Part shown: piece after piece, positions 9,454 through 21,692 of the stretch
Numbering within the stretch: the first letter of the stretch is position 1
Layout of the letters: each line of letters begins with the position of its first letter
Source: Muribaculaceae bacterium
GTDB taxonomy: Bacteria > Bacteroidota > Bacteroidia > Bacteroidales > Muribaculaceae
Length of the DNA: 64,000 bases
Assembly: GCA_017483645.1 (NCBI GenBank)
Contig: JAFUWD010000054.1
Coordinates: 1,627-65,626 of the forward strand
Direction of reading: 5' to 3'
Translations under genes and position numbers: made by a program
Notes under the pieces: model-generated
The model's input: the letters and a program-made list of their open reading frames with translations, nothing else
Database searches by the model: none
What the model was told of the DNA's origin: nothing

Positions 9454-10403
9454 CGCAGCTCACCCATACCTCCACCTTGCCACCGCACAGCACGGTGGCC
9501 ACAATAGGAATGTTCGATGGTGTTCATCGCGGACACCAACTCATCGTTTCCACATTGTGTGCCAGGGCACAGGCGCTGGGCAGGGCTTCGCTGGTGGTGA
9601 CCTTCGACAAGCATCCTCAACATGTGCTTCGGCCCGGCGCCGACCCCACACTGCTCATTATGTCGCTTCAGGAACGCCTGCGGCTGTTGGGAGAACTGGG
9701 GGTGGACTATGTGTTGCTGCTTCCGTTCACCACCGAGTTGGCGCGGCTCACCGCCGGCCAGTTTATGGCCATGTTGCAACAGCGCTGGGGGGTGGATGCC
9801 CTGGTGATGGGTTACAACCATCGCTTCGGCAGCGACCGCATGAGCAGCATCGACGATTATCGCCGCACGGCATCGGCACTTTCCATGCAAGTGGTGCAAG
9901 CATCGGAATACGATGGGGCGCATGTCAGTTCAAGTATCATTCGCAACCTTGTCGGCGAGGGTCGGGTGGCCGAGGCCGCTACCCTACTGGGAAGGCCGTT
10001 TGTGCTGGAAGGAACGGTGGTGCATGGCGAGCATATAGGTACTGGATTAGGTTTTCCCACTGCCAATGTGGGGGGGCTTCCTCCATACCAGCTGCTTCCT
10101 GCCACCGGAGCCTATGCCGTGCGTGCCGTGACCGAAAAAGGTCGATTTTCCGGCATGGCGGGTGTGGGCCTTCGTCCCACGGTGAGCGACGGCTCCCTCA
10201 GGACTATTGAGGTGAATCTGTTTGTCGACAAGCTCATGCTCTACGACCAGCCCATGCGAGTGGAGTTTGTGCAGTGGCTGCGTGCCGAGAAGCGGTTTTC
10301 TTCGGTCGTCGGACTGATTCACCAGCTGGCCGCCGACCGTGAACAAGCCTTGAAGATATTACACAACACCAAAGATTTCAACACTATAAATAACACACAA
10401 TAA
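9450..10403 (+). CDS. ribF: Bifunctional riboflavin kinase/FAD synthetase
   Basis: TIGMFDGVHRGH, GYNHRFG, SSSIIR, GFPTAN, RPT motifs; GTG start overlaps the SDR stop (GTGA). Confidence 0.92.
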   Translation: MTQLTHTSTLPPHSTVATIGMFDGVHRGHQLIVSTLCARAQALGRASLVVTFDKHPQHVLRPGADPTLLIMSLQERLRLLGELGVDYVLLLPFTTELARLTAGQFMAMLQQRWGVDALVMGYNHRFGSDRMSSIDDYRRTASALSMQVVQASEYDGAHVSSSIIRNLVGEGRVAEAATLLGRPFVLEGTVVHGEHIGTGLGFPTANVGGLPPYQLLPATGAYAVRAVTEKGRFSGMAGVGLRPTVSDGSLRTIEVNLFVDKLMLYDQPMRVEFVQWLRAEKRFSSVVGLIHQLAADREQALKILHNTKDFNTINNTQ

Positions 10404-10409
10404 AACACT

Positions 10410-11066
10410 ATGGAAGTAATCAACCTTTGTGACCAAAATTCGCTGGTGGGCCAGTTTATGAGCGAGCTGCGCGACCGCACCATGCAGCAAGAGCGCCTGC
10501 GCTTCCGCACCAACATCCAGCGGTTGGGCCAAATCATGGCTTACGAAATCTCCAAGCGCCTGAAATATCGTGCTGTGGAAGTGGAAACGCCTCTGGGCGT
10601 GAAGCAGACCCATGTGCTCGACGACCGTGTGGTGCTGGCCACCATCTTGCGTGCCGGCCTTCCTTTCCACGAGGGATTTCTGAGTTATTTCGACGGAGCC
10701 GACAACGCCTTTGTGAGCGCCTATCGCAAGTATTTCCCGAAGACCGACGATTTTGTGGTTCACATCGAGTACATAGCCAGCCCGCGCATCGACGGCAAGA
10801 CGCTGGTCATTGTCGACCCGATGCTTGCCACCGGCTCGTCGATGGAGCTTGCTTATCAGGCATTGGTGACCAAGGGACAGCCGCAGCACATTCATGTGGC
10901 CAGTGTCATTGCCACCGACCAGGCCATTGAAGTGGTGCGCAAGCGCCTGCCGTCGCACAAGACCACGGTGTGGACCTGCGACATCGACCACGAGCTGAAC
11001 GAGCACAGTTATATCATCCCCGGTCTGGGCGATGCCGGTGATTTGCTCTACGGCGAGAAGGAATAA
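10410..11066 (+). CDS. upp: Uracil phosphoribosyltransferase
   Basis: ILRAG, DPMLATGSS PRPP motif, YIIPGLGDAGDLLYG. Confidence 0.95.
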   Translation: MEVINLCDQNSLVGQFMSELRDRTMQQERLRFRTNIQRLGQIMAYEISKRLKYRAVEVETPLGVKQTHVLDDRVVLATILRAGLPFHEGFLSYFDGADNAFVSAYRKYFPKTDDFVVHIEYIASPRIDGKTLVIVDPMLATGSSMELAYQALVTKGQPQHIHVASVIATDQAIEVVRKRLPSHKTTVWTCDIDHELNEHSYIIPGLGDAGDLLYGEKE

Positions 11067-11119
11067 AGAAAAATTGAAATCTCGGGAGTGGCGTGAGTGT
11101 ATAACTGCCGCCCCGTAGG

Positions 11120-11413
11120 TTACGGAATTTCCTCGAAATCGGCGTCGACCACTTGTTGTTCGGCGTCGGATGTCGAGGTTTTTTCGTAATTGGGTGTTTC
11201 GGGCGCCGGCTTTCCCGCCACTTCTTCATAGTCGGCGTAAATGCCGTCATCGTTGCCAAACACTTTTTTCCGGCCGTCCTCAACCGGCTCATCGACTTGG
11301 CGGGCTGCATCGAAAGCGTCGCGCACAGTGCGCCGCATGCGGTTCATGGTCATCCATCCCTTGATGATGGGGTAGAGGATGATAAAAAGCAATATCAGCA
11401 GAAGCAGTTTCAT
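11120..11413 (-). CDS. Small membrane-anchored protein (DUF4834-like)
   Basis: N-terminal TM, KKVFGNDDGIYADYEEV and terminal DADFEEI motifs; lies downstream of psd-pssA. Confidence 0.65.
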   Translation of the reverse strand: MKLLLLILLFIILYPIIKGWMTMNRMRRTVRDAFDAARQVDEPVEDGRKKVFGNDDGIYADYEEVAGKPAPETPNYEKTSTSDAEQQVVDADFEEIP

Positions 11414-11430
11414 TGTGGGCGTGGGAAGGG

Positions 11431-12345
11431 TTAACGCGTGTAGTGTTCCAGAAGTTGGTTGAGATAGGGCGTGGCCAAATCCGACTGGTCAAACAGGTAG
11501 TAGGGCACGGTCACGTCCACCTCGCCGCGGGCGTAGGGCGCTATGGTGTAAGGACTATAGACGAAATGGAGGTTGAACTCGTCGATGTAAAAATCCTTGG
11601 TCATAGGTACGTTGTTCCCTTCCACATAGAAGCCGTTGTCGTTCAGCTCGGCGATGGAACTTACATTTTCTTGTTCCAGCAAGGCCTTGGTGATGATTGG
11701 GGCCAGACGGGTGGTGTCGGCCACTAAATCGGTGATTTTGAGTACGCGCTGCTGCTCCATGTCGTAGTTGATGTAATTGGTCCAATACATGCCGTGAGCC
11801 CCTCCCGAATACACTTCTTGATGCAGGGCCATGACAAGGAGTTTGCCGTCGGGGGCTTTCATGGGCGTCAGTTGGGAGTATGCAGTGCAATGGGTCATGA
11901 AACCGGCGTTGTCGGGCACTTTGTCAACATCCTTGACCGAAACCACGTCGCTGCTTTCCGCTACCAGCGCATCGTTGCTGTTGAGCATGCCGGCGATGGC
12001 CTCGTCGAGGGTGTTGTATTTTTTGGGGTTGTCGCTCATGGGCAGTGCATCGAGCAGCGCCCGGTGCAGCGCAGTGGGCGTTTTTCCCATCAAGGTCACT
12101 GGCCAAAACAGTTTGAGGGTGTTCTCCACATAGTAAGGTTGCTCCTCGTCCTTGATGACAAACTTGCGGGCCTTTTTTCGGTCGACATGGCGGAACGTCG
12201 ACAGGTCGGCACTGTTGTCGGTGGTTTCTGTGCCGGCAGTAACCGCGGTAGTGTCGGAACTTGATTGAGAGGCGTCGGTGGACGGCGAGTTGCAAGCGCC
12301 CACCAGCAGGGCGCACAGAACCAGAAGAGAAAATTTGTGAGTCAT
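11431..12345 (-). CDS. RsiV/DUF3298 (PdaC-N-like) lipoprotein
   Basis: Lipobox VGAC; YSGGAHG and YSPYTIAPYARG motifs. Confidence 0.8.
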   Translation of the reverse strand: MTHKFSLLVLCALLVGACNSPSTDASQSSSDTTAVTAGTETTDNSADLSTFRHVDRKKARKFVIKDEEQPYYVENTLKLFWPVTLMGKTPTALHRALLDALPMSDNPKKYNTLDEAIAGMLNSNDALVAESSDVVSVKDVDKVPDNAGFMTHCTAYSQLTPMKAPDGKLLVMALHQEVYSGGAHGMYWTNYINYDMEQQRVLKITDLVADTTRLAPIITKALLEQENVSSIAELNDNGFYVEGNNVPMTKDFYIDEFNLHFVYSPYTIAPYARGEVDVTVPYYLFDQSDLATPYLNQLLEHYTR

Positions 12346-12355
12346 GATGCGGAGA

Positions 12356-13042
12356 TTATTTTTCGTGTTTTATTATCGACAGCACTACATAAAGCGCGAT
12401 GGTGGCCGCCAAGCCATAGATCCCCAGCAGGCACACCAACAGGATGGCACCCACAACGAGTGTCAGCTGCGCCCAGTTTTCACGCGGGCTCAGATTGTGC
12501 AATTTGAGCGAGAACATACGCAGCGGGCTCACCATGAGCCACGACACCAGCACAATCACAGCGAGTGTGAGCCACGGTGATGTGCCGGGATGGGCTGCCA
12601 ACCAGGCCGACGCGCCAATCCAGAAGATGGCATTTCCGGGGATGGGCAGGCCTGTGAAGGTGGTGCTCTGGCGGGTGTCAACATTGAACCGCGCCAGACG
12701 CAGCGCACCGCACACGGCAATGAGCATCGCTGCCCATGCCACCCACTGCGGCTGCAGCACATTGAAGACAATCATGGCTGGTGCCACACCGAAACTTACC
12801 AAGTCGCTGAGCGAGTCAAGTTCCTTGCCGATGCCCGACACCGCATGGAGCAGTCGAGCGGCGAAACCGTCGAAGAAGTCGAACACTGCCGCCGCTGCAA
12901 TCAGCACAAAGGCCCATTCAAGACCAGTGAGGCCGAGGCACAGCGTTTCACCGACGTGGAAAGCGGCCACTACAGCCAAGCATCCGCTCAGCAGATTGAG
13001 CGAAGTGATGAAATTAGGGATGTTGTTGCGAACAAGGTTCAT
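12356..13042 (-). CDS. pssA: CDP-diacylglycerol--serine O-phosphatidyltransferase
   Basis: DFFDGFAAR...GKELDSLSDLVSFGVAP, LRLARFN, FTGLP; follows psd. Confidence 0.93.
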   Translation of the reverse strand: MNLVRNNIPNFITSLNLLSGCLAVVAAFHVGETLCLGLTGLEWAFVLIAAAAVFDFFDGFAARLLHAVSGIGKELDSLSDLVSFGVAPAMIVFNVLQPQWVAWAAMLIAVCGALRLARFNVDTRQSTTFTGLPIPGNAIFWIGASAWLAAHPGTSPWLTLAVIVLVSWLMVSPLRMFSLKLHNLSPRENWAQLTLVVGAILLVCLLGIYGLAATIALYVVLSIIKHEK

Positions 13043-13049
13043 AATGGAT

Positions 13050-13724
13050 TTATTTTGCCAGCCGTGCCACTTGGGTTTCTCCACCCCAGGTTTTATCGCC
13101 GAGTTTCACCATAATTTCGGTGTCGAGCGGGAGAAATATGTCGACTCGCGAGCCAAATTTGATAAAACCGATAAAGTCGTTGAGGTTGACGGTTTCGCCT
13201 GGTTCCACATAGGTGACGATGCGGCGGGCGATAGCTCCGGCAATTTGCCTGATGAGGATGTCTTGGCCGTTGGCGGTGCGGATGACGATGGTCGACCGTT
13301 CATTGTCGGTGCTCGACTTGGGCAGGTTGGCTGCCATGAACCGTCCTGAGTGGTGCTTTACATATTTCACCACTCCGGCCACGGGCACCCAGTTGGCATG
13401 CACGTTAAAGACGGTCATGAACACCGACAGCTGGATTGCATTTCGGTGCAGGTATTCGTCCTCGTAAACTTCTTCAAGAGCCACGACGGTGCCGTCGACG
13501 CTCGAAGTCACCACCGTACCGTCGGCGTTGTCGCCCTTGAACGACCTGCGTGGCAGCCTGAAGAAATTGAGCACCAGCAGATAAAATATGGCTGAGAGTG
13601 CCACAATGGTATAGGCTATCGGTCGATATTCGATGAAGCGAAAGGCCAGGAATCCCACCATCAACAGGATGAGAAGTACGACAAAAAGGATGTTTTGTCC
13701 TTCGTGATGAATTTTGACCTTCAT
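13050..13724 (-). CDS. psd: Phosphatidylserine decarboxylase proenzyme
   Basis: SVFMTVFNVH, NER, QIAGAIARRI, FGSRVD self-cleavage motif. Confidence 0.93.
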   Translation of the reverse strand: MKVKIHHEGQNILFVVLLILLMVGFLAFRFIEYRPIAYTIVALSAIFYLLVLNFFRLPRRSFKGDNADGTVVTSSVDGTVVALEEVYEDEYLHRNAIQLSVFMTVFNVHANWVPVAGVVKYVKHHSGRFMAANLPKSSTDNERSTIVIRTANGQDILIRQIAGAIARRIVTYVEPGETVNLNDFIGFIKFGSRVDIFLPLDTEIMVKLGDKTWGGETQVARLAK

Positions 13725-13824
13725 TTTATTGAATTCTTTTATTAAATTGCAAATTTACATCAAATTTTTGGATTTCAGCGCCCGCGTGTCTAAAAACTTC
13801 GTGCCATGGTCCGTGTGTCCTTGC

Positions 13825-14724
13825 TCAGAAGCCGATGGCAACCCCCACAATCCAGCTCTTGTTCAGCTCCGGGCCGTAGCCGTCTTTGAGTACTTGCTGC
13901 GGGCTGTATCGGAAAAAGGCCCCTATGCTTCTCCATTGCAATCCTGCCAGGATGTCGAAGGTGATTTTGCTCTGGTTCAGGCCGCGTGTGGTTTCGCTGA
14001 CTTGAGTTTTGCCCGTTTCGAATTTTCGGTCAAACACGGCTTCAAAGTTCCAGTTCATCACCCCACCTCCGTAGAGCCAGACCCATTTTCCTATTCCCTT
14101 GGCATAGAGTAGCGGAAATTGCATGGAGTGTATCAGTAATTGTGAGGATTGGTGCTTGTAATCCGACGGATATTTTTCTATCACCAGCTGTTGTGCGTCG
14201 TTTTGCACAAATTGATAGTCCTTCTTCAGAGCATGGAATTTGGCTTGATAGCCCACTCCCAGCGACAGGCGGTTGCGGTTGCCGAAGTGATATCCCAGTC
14301 CCAGCACGTTGAGGATGCCCGCTTCAAAGGTGGTGCCGGTGGTCCCATGAAAAGCCCCTGTGGCGTTGGTGTGTCCCCATCCGAGATAGAATCCGCTTAT
14401 GAACAGGTCGAAGTGTGGTTTGCCATCCACTTGCTCACATTTCTTTCTGTTTAAAACAAAGCCATGGCCGTAGCCGTAGATGTGCTCCTTCTCTTTTTCT
14501 TGGGTTCTCATCCGCTCTCTTTCGGTGGACTTGACGGTGTACTGATAGGTGCTGTCGGCATGTCCGTCGATGCCGGTGACGTTCACTTGCACCACGTTTC
14601 CGTTTTTTATGAGCACCACCTTGTCGGGGTGGTCAATCACTTTGACGGTGTCGGGGAGGGAGGCCATGCCGCACAGTGCAGCGGCCAGGCAAGTGAAAAA
14701 TGTGACAAGTCGGTTGTAGCTCAT
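13825..14724 (-). CDS. Outer-membrane beta-barrel protein
   Basis: Signal peptide, alternating aromatic strands, C-terminal Phe (VGVAIGF). Confidence 0.7.
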   Translation of the reverse strand: MSYNRLVTFFTCLAAALCGMASLPDTVKVIDHPDKVVLIKNGNVVQVNVTGIDGHADSTYQYTVKSTERERMRTQEKEKEHIYGYGHGFVLNRKKCEQVDGKPHFDLFISGFYLGWGHTNATGAFHGTTGTTFEAGILNVLGLGYHFGNRNRLSLGVGYQAKFHALKKDYQFVQNDAQQLVIEKYPSDYKHQSSQLLIHSMQFPLLYAKGIGKWVWLYGGGVMNWNFEAVFDRKFETGKTQVSETTRGLNQSKITFDILAGLQWRSIGAFFRYSPQQVLKDGYGPELNKSWIVGVAIGF

Positions 14725-14763
14725 TCTTTAAAAGGTGATTCGCTGTTGAGTGTTAGAAAAGGG

Positions 14764-15366
14764 TCATTTTTTCCGTCCCAACTTGTCAATCTGACGGCGC
14801 GCCCAGTCGCGGGCGGCGTTCACGGCCTCGCGCTTGATGCCGGTGGCCAGGCTGTCGAGCAGTTCCTTGGCCGGATCCATGCTCACGCCTGCCACAGAGT
14901 CGGGCAGCAGTGCTTTGCTTTGTTCTTCGATGCGTGCCACCTCGTCCTCGTGGGCCTTGGTAAGCGCTTGCTCCACGTCCTCCTTGCCGAAGGTGAACAC
15001 ATGGTTCATCACCCCCAGCGACACCCATTTGGGTTTCTCGCCCACATTGAGCTTGCCTACCGAGCAGACGAAGTAGTTGTCCACTTCCAGATATTGGTCG
15101 ATGGCAAGGTCGGCGCCTTGGCCGCCCAGCCATTTGATGAATTCGCCCAAAATGGCTCCCATGCCTTGCTGGTCCACCTTCATGTTTACCCAGCCCTTGG
15201 TGGAGTCGAGAATGGCCTGCTCATGAGCCTTGCGGTCGGGGCAGGTAAAAACCAGGGTGCATCCCAGCACCACCACGATGAGCAGTGCTATCAGCCCCTT
15301 GAGGCAGCCGCCTCCATTCTTGCTCGGAGCCGACCATGCTTGATGATGATTGTTGTTCGTTCCCAT
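14764..15366 (-). CDS. Membrane-anchored hypothetical protein
   Basis: N-terminal TM ending TCPD..AH, YFVCSVG...VSLGVMNHVFT motif. Confidence 0.65.
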   Translation of the reverse strand: MGTNNNHHQAWSAPSKNGGGCLKGLIALLIVVVLGCTLVFTCPDRKAHEQAILDSTKGWVNMKVDQQGMGAILGEFIKWLGGQGADLAIDQYLEVDNYFVCSVGKLNVGEKPKWVSLGVMNHVFTFGKEDVEQALTKAHEDEVARIEEQSKALLPDSVAGVSMDPAKELLDSLATGIKREAVNAARDWARRQIDKLGRKK

Positions 15367-15399
15367 TGCGTAATAGTGATATCAGAATGATTGAAGATG

Positions 15400-17776
<2,377 letters not shown>

Positions 17777-17894
17777 ATTTTTGCGAATTGCGAGTGCAAA
17801 GATATGGCAAAGTTTTCATTCCCGCAAATTTTTTTGTGTTTTTTTGTTTTTCACTTCATGTTGTGACGTTTTTTCAGTATCTTAGCAAGCGATT

Positions 17895-19181
17895 ATGGAA
17901 CGACTCATGCAATATGTGTGGCAGCACCGCCTGTGGCGCAGCGACGACATGGTGACCAACGATGGCCGGCCGGTGCGCGTGCTCGACCCCGGTTTGCTCA
18001 ATACCGACGCAGGCCCCGACTTCTTCAACGCCAAGGTGGAGATTGACGGCCGCCTGTGGGTAGGCAATGTGGAGATGCATGTGCGGGCCAGCGACTGGCG
18101 GCGGCATGGCCACGACCACGACCGTGCCTACGACAGCGTGATTCTGCATGTGGTGGACAAGGACGATGCGCCCGTCGTGCGTTCCAACGGCGAGCGCATT
18201 CCGCAACTGGTGCTGCAGGTCTCGCCACGTTTCGGCGAGTGCTACGACCGTCTGGTGAACGCCCGTACTGAGATTCCCTGTGCCCCGCGCATGGCCGAGG
18301 TGCCACATCTGGTGGTCACCGAGTGGATGGAAGCACTGGCATTTGAGCGGCTCCACGGCAAGACCGACCGTGTGCGCTCGCTGCTCGATATGTATCATGG
18401 CAGTTGGGAGGACGTGTGCTATGTGACATTGGCACGCACATTGGGCTTCGGAGTGAATAACGATGCTTTTGAGCGACTGGCGCGGCGCACGCCGCTGCGA
18501 TTGCTGCACAAACATTCCGATTCACTGTTGCAGCTTGAAGCCCTGCTGCTGGGGCAGGCGGGATTTCTCCACTCGCCGCGTGTGGGCACCGATGCCTATG
18601 TGCAGCAGCTGCGACGGGAATATGCTTTTTTAGCAAATAAATTCTCGCTCGCGCCCATGGAGAGCGAGGTGTGGAAAACCTTCAGAATGCGGCCGCAAAA
18701 TTTCCCGTTCCGCCGTGTGGCGCTGCTGGCGCAGTTTGTGCTGGGTGGGTTCAACATGATGAATGCTATCATCGAGGCCTCGGCCGACGAGAAAGCGCTG
18801 CGTGAGTTGTTTGCTGTGGAACTTAGCGGTTACTGGGCCTCGCGCTACACCTTTGGCCCCGAAAGTGCCACCTCGGCGCGCGCTTTGGGTGACCGCAGCA
18901 TTGATGTGCTGCTTATCAACACTGTAGCGCCGTTGCTTTACTGCCGTGGCGAACTCACCGACGATTTTGCCCTGTGCGAACGCGCCATCGGTCTGCTTGA
19001 ACAGTTGCGACCCGAGCAGAACAGCATCGTGGCCCTCTTTGCCGCCGCCGGCCTAAAAAGTGACGATGCCCTCACCACGCAGGCACTCATCCAGCTCAAG
19101 CGCAATTACTGCGAGCCTCGAAAGTGCATCTATTGCAAAATCGGGCATCGCCTGCTCTCTACCGACGCTCATCGCCAGTAA
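17895..19181 (+). CDS. DUF2851 family protein
   Basis: MERLMQYVW, GPDFFNA, GNVEMH, HDHDRAYDSVILHVV, RMRPQNFP, terminal C..C.IG cluster. Confidence 0.88.
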   Translation: MERLMQYVWQHRLWRSDDMVTNDGRPVRVLDPGLLNTDAGPDFFNAKVEIDGRLWVGNVEMHVRASDWRRHGHDHDRAYDSVILHVVDKDDAPVVRSNGERIPQLVLQVSPRFGECYDRLVNARTEIPCAPRMAEVPHLVVTEWMEALAFERLHGKTDRVRSLLDMYHGSWEDVCYVTLARTLGFGVNNDAFERLARRTPLRLLHKHSDSLLQLEALLLGQAGFLHSPRVGTDAYVQQLRREYAFLANKFSLAPMESEVWKTFRMRPQNFPFRRVALLAQFVLGGFNMMNAIIEASADEKALRELFAVELSGYWASRYTFGPESATSARALGDRSIDVLLINTVAPLLYCRGELTDDFALCERAIGLLEQLRPEQNSIVALFAAAGLKSDDALTTQALIQLKRNYCEPRKCIYCKIGHRLLSTDAHRQ

Positions 19182-19211
19182 CCGTTATCATCGGAAACAG
19201 ATGGCGACCCG

Positions 19212-21395
19212 CTATGGCTTGAGGTAGTCGTCGAAGTAGCGGGTGATGCGCTCGTGCAGGTGCACGCTCTGGTGCCCCCTCATGTTGTGTCCCTGACCGG
19301 GGTAGACGTAGAAGTCGGGTTGCGTGCCGGCTGCGATGCAGGCTTTCAAGAAACTATAGGCGTGCTGGGGTACAACGGTGGGGTCGTTCAGGCCGATGAT
19401 GATTTGCAAGCGGCCTTTCAAGTCTTTGGCCTTGCCGAGCAAGCTGGTTTGGGCATATCCGTCGGGATTGGTGAGCGGGGTGTCCATGTAACGCTCGCCG
19501 TACATCACCTCATACCACCGCCAGTCAATCACCGGTCCACCGGCCACGCCCACCTTAAAGATGTCTGGGTGGTTGGTCATCAGGCTGATGGTCATGAAGC
19601 CGCCATAGCTCCATCCGTGCACTCCCATGCGTATGGTGTCCACATAGGCCAATGAGCGCAGGAAGTCGACGCCTCGCATTTGGTCGGCCATCTCTTGCTG
19701 GCCCAGATGGCGGAAGGTGACTTGCTCGAAGTCGCGGCCACGGTTCTCGCTGCCGCGGTTGTCGAGGATGAACAGCAAGTAGCCACGCTGTGCCATGTAG
19801 GTTTCCCACGAGCGACTGCGGTAGTGCCAGGCGGCGTCCACGTTGTGAGCGTGCGGGCCTCCGTACACATAGACTACAGTGGGATATTTTTTTCCAGGGT
19901 CGAAGTCCACCGGCATCACCATGCGGTAGTAGAGCGTGGTGCTGTCGTCGGCTGCGGTGAGTGTGCCGCAACGGTACTGAGGCACGGTGTAACCCTGCCA
20001 GGGGTCGGGTGCGGTGAAATAGCGGCTTGACTGTGCGGTGCGGGTGTCGACCACGGTGATGTTTCGCGGCACGTCGGGTTCCTGATAATTGTCTACCATC
20101 CAGTGACCACTGGGGCTGGGAGAGCCGTTATGCCAGCCACGGCCTCCCTCGTCTATACGGGTGATGGCTGCGGTGGCCACGTCCACGCGGTAAAGGTTGC
20201 GCTGGATGGGGGTGTCGGCGTTAGCTGCGATGAGCAGGGCTTGGTTCTCGGTGTCGAATCCCAGCAAATCCATCACCACCCAAGGTCCTTGGGTGAGCTG
20301 TCGCACGAGGTGCCCTGTTGTGTCATATAAATATAGGTGGTTGTAGCCATCGCGCTCACTCCACATGACAAAACGGCTGTCGTCCCAGGGCAGAAAGGTG
20401 ATGGGGTGCTGCGGCTCCACATATTTTTCGTTTCGCTCGTGATAGATTTCGGCCAACTGCCTTCCTGTTGTGGCGTCGTAGCTCATCAGGCGGCAGTCGT
20501 TCTGGTCGCGGTTGAGTTCAAAAACGTAGATGGTACGTCCATCGGGCGCCCAGGCCACATTGGTGAAATAGCGGTCGGTAGGGTCGCCGGCTTGCAAGTA
20601 GAGCGTGTCGGCAGTGGCCACATCGAGCACCCCGATGGTGACGCGGTGCGACGTTTGGCCCGCCATGGGGTATTTCTCGGGCGCAGGGGTGGCCATGATG
20701 GTGGTGGAATCATCCAGTTCGGGCACATTGACCAGCGGATAGTCGGCCACCATGCTTTGGTCCATGCGGTAGAATGCCAGGCGGGTGCCCTGCGGATTCC
20801 AGAACAGGCCTCCGTCGATGCCCCATTCGTTGCGGTGAACGCTTTGGCCGTACACGATGTCGCGGCTGCCATCGGTGGTCACCTGCCGGGTGTTGCCGGT
20901 GTTGTCGGTCACATACAGGTTGTGCTCTTTTACCCACGCTTCGGCCCGGCTTTCCTTGTTCCAAGCGCTGGCTTGGGTGGATTGCTGCAATGGTTGGCTC
21001 CATGGCACGCGGTGCTTTTTGAAATTGAGCAGCAATCGGCTGTGGTCGGTGGAGAGCAGCGCCAGGGGTTGGTCGGGATAGGGGAATGTGGCTTCCTTGA
21101 GCGAGGTCAACTCAGTAGAGTCTTCGGGCTGCACACCGGACCATTTGTTAGCTTGTCCGCGTGTGAACAGCACGCGCTCTTTCCCGCTCGCGGGGTTCAC
21201 CGTCCAGCAGGTGTCGTCGGTGAGCCTCACCAGCTGGTCGCCCCACCAGGTGAGTGTGCGGTTTTGCAGTATCATGTTTTGATAGTTGTTGCCGCCGAAG
21301 TTCAAATCTTCGAGGGTGAACTGTTTTTGAGCTGTTACCCAGAGTGATGCCAGCAGGAACAGGGCAGTGAAGGCCGGTCGATGGATGATTGACAT
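19212..21395 (-). CDS. ptpA: S9B prolyl tripeptidyl/dipeptidyl peptidase (PtpA/DPP IV family)
   Basis: Signal peptide, beta-propeller, HGWSYGG catalytic Ser, VAGGPVIDW, D and H of the triad (DPTV, GHNM). Confidence 0.85.
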   Translation of the reverse strand: MSIIHRPAFTALFLLASLWVTAQKQFTLEDLNFGGNNYQNMILQNRTLTWWGDQLVRLTDDTCWTVNPASGKERVLFTRGQANKWSGVQPEDSTELTSLKEATFPYPDQPLALLSTDHSRLLLNFKKHRVPWSQPLQQSTQASAWNKESRAEAWVKEHNLYVTDNTGNTRQVTTDGSRDIVYGQSVHRNEWGIDGGLFWNPQGTRLAFYRMDQSMVADYPLVNVPELDDSTTIMATPAPEKYPMAGQTSHRVTIGVLDVATADTLYLQAGDPTDRYFTNVAWAPDGRTIYVFELNRDQNDCRLMSYDATTGRQLAEIYHERNEKYVEPQHPITFLPWDDSRFVMWSERDGYNHLYLYDTTGHLVRQLTQGPWVVMDLLGFDTENQALLIAANADTPIQRNLYRVDVATAAITRIDEGGRGWHNGSPSPSGHWMVDNYQEPDVPRNITVVDTRTAQSSRYFTAPDPWQGYTVPQYRCGTLTAADDSTTLYYRMVMPVDFDPGKKYPTVVYVYGGPHAHNVDAAWHYRSRSWETYMAQRGYLLFILDNRGSENRGRDFEQVTFRHLGQQEMADQMRGVDFLRSLAYVDTIRMGVHGWSYGGFMTISLMTNHPDIFKVGVAGGPVIDWRWYEVMYGERYMDTPLTNPDGYAQTSLLGKAKDLKGRLQIIIGLNDPTVVPQHAYSFLKACIAAGTQPDFYVYPGQGHNMRGHQSVHLHERITRYFDDYLKP

Positions 21396-21446
21396 ATCGT
21401 GTGGAATCTACGGTTGATACAGAAAACAAAAACGGGGCTGCCGCCG

Positions 21447-21692
21447 TCACCAGCTGAGCAGCCACCCGAAAATAAAGTATACGGTGAACAAGGCCAGCGT
21501 GAACACGGCGCTGCGCCAAGCGCAGCCCCATGCCGAGTGTGGCTGCCAACCAGCACTTTTTCCGGTCTTTTTCTTTTTTTTCTTGACCGGCTTTTTTGCG
21601 GCCTGTTTTTGTTCGGCCGCTTTATGCTGATTGGCAGCCCAGGGGTCGTTGTTACCTTGAGCGCGATTGAGCATGGTCTTGATGTCACTCAT
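21447..21692 (-). CDS. Small Lys-rich protein with a C-terminal TM helix
   Basis: ATG overlaps the upstream stop (ATGAGTGA); KKPVKKKKKK tract followed by a hydrophobic tail. Confidence 0.6.
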   Translation of the reverse strand: MSDIKTMLNRAQGNNDPWAANQHKAAEQKQAAKKPVKKKKKKTGKSAGWQPHSAWGCAWRSAVFTLALFTVYFIFGWLLSW

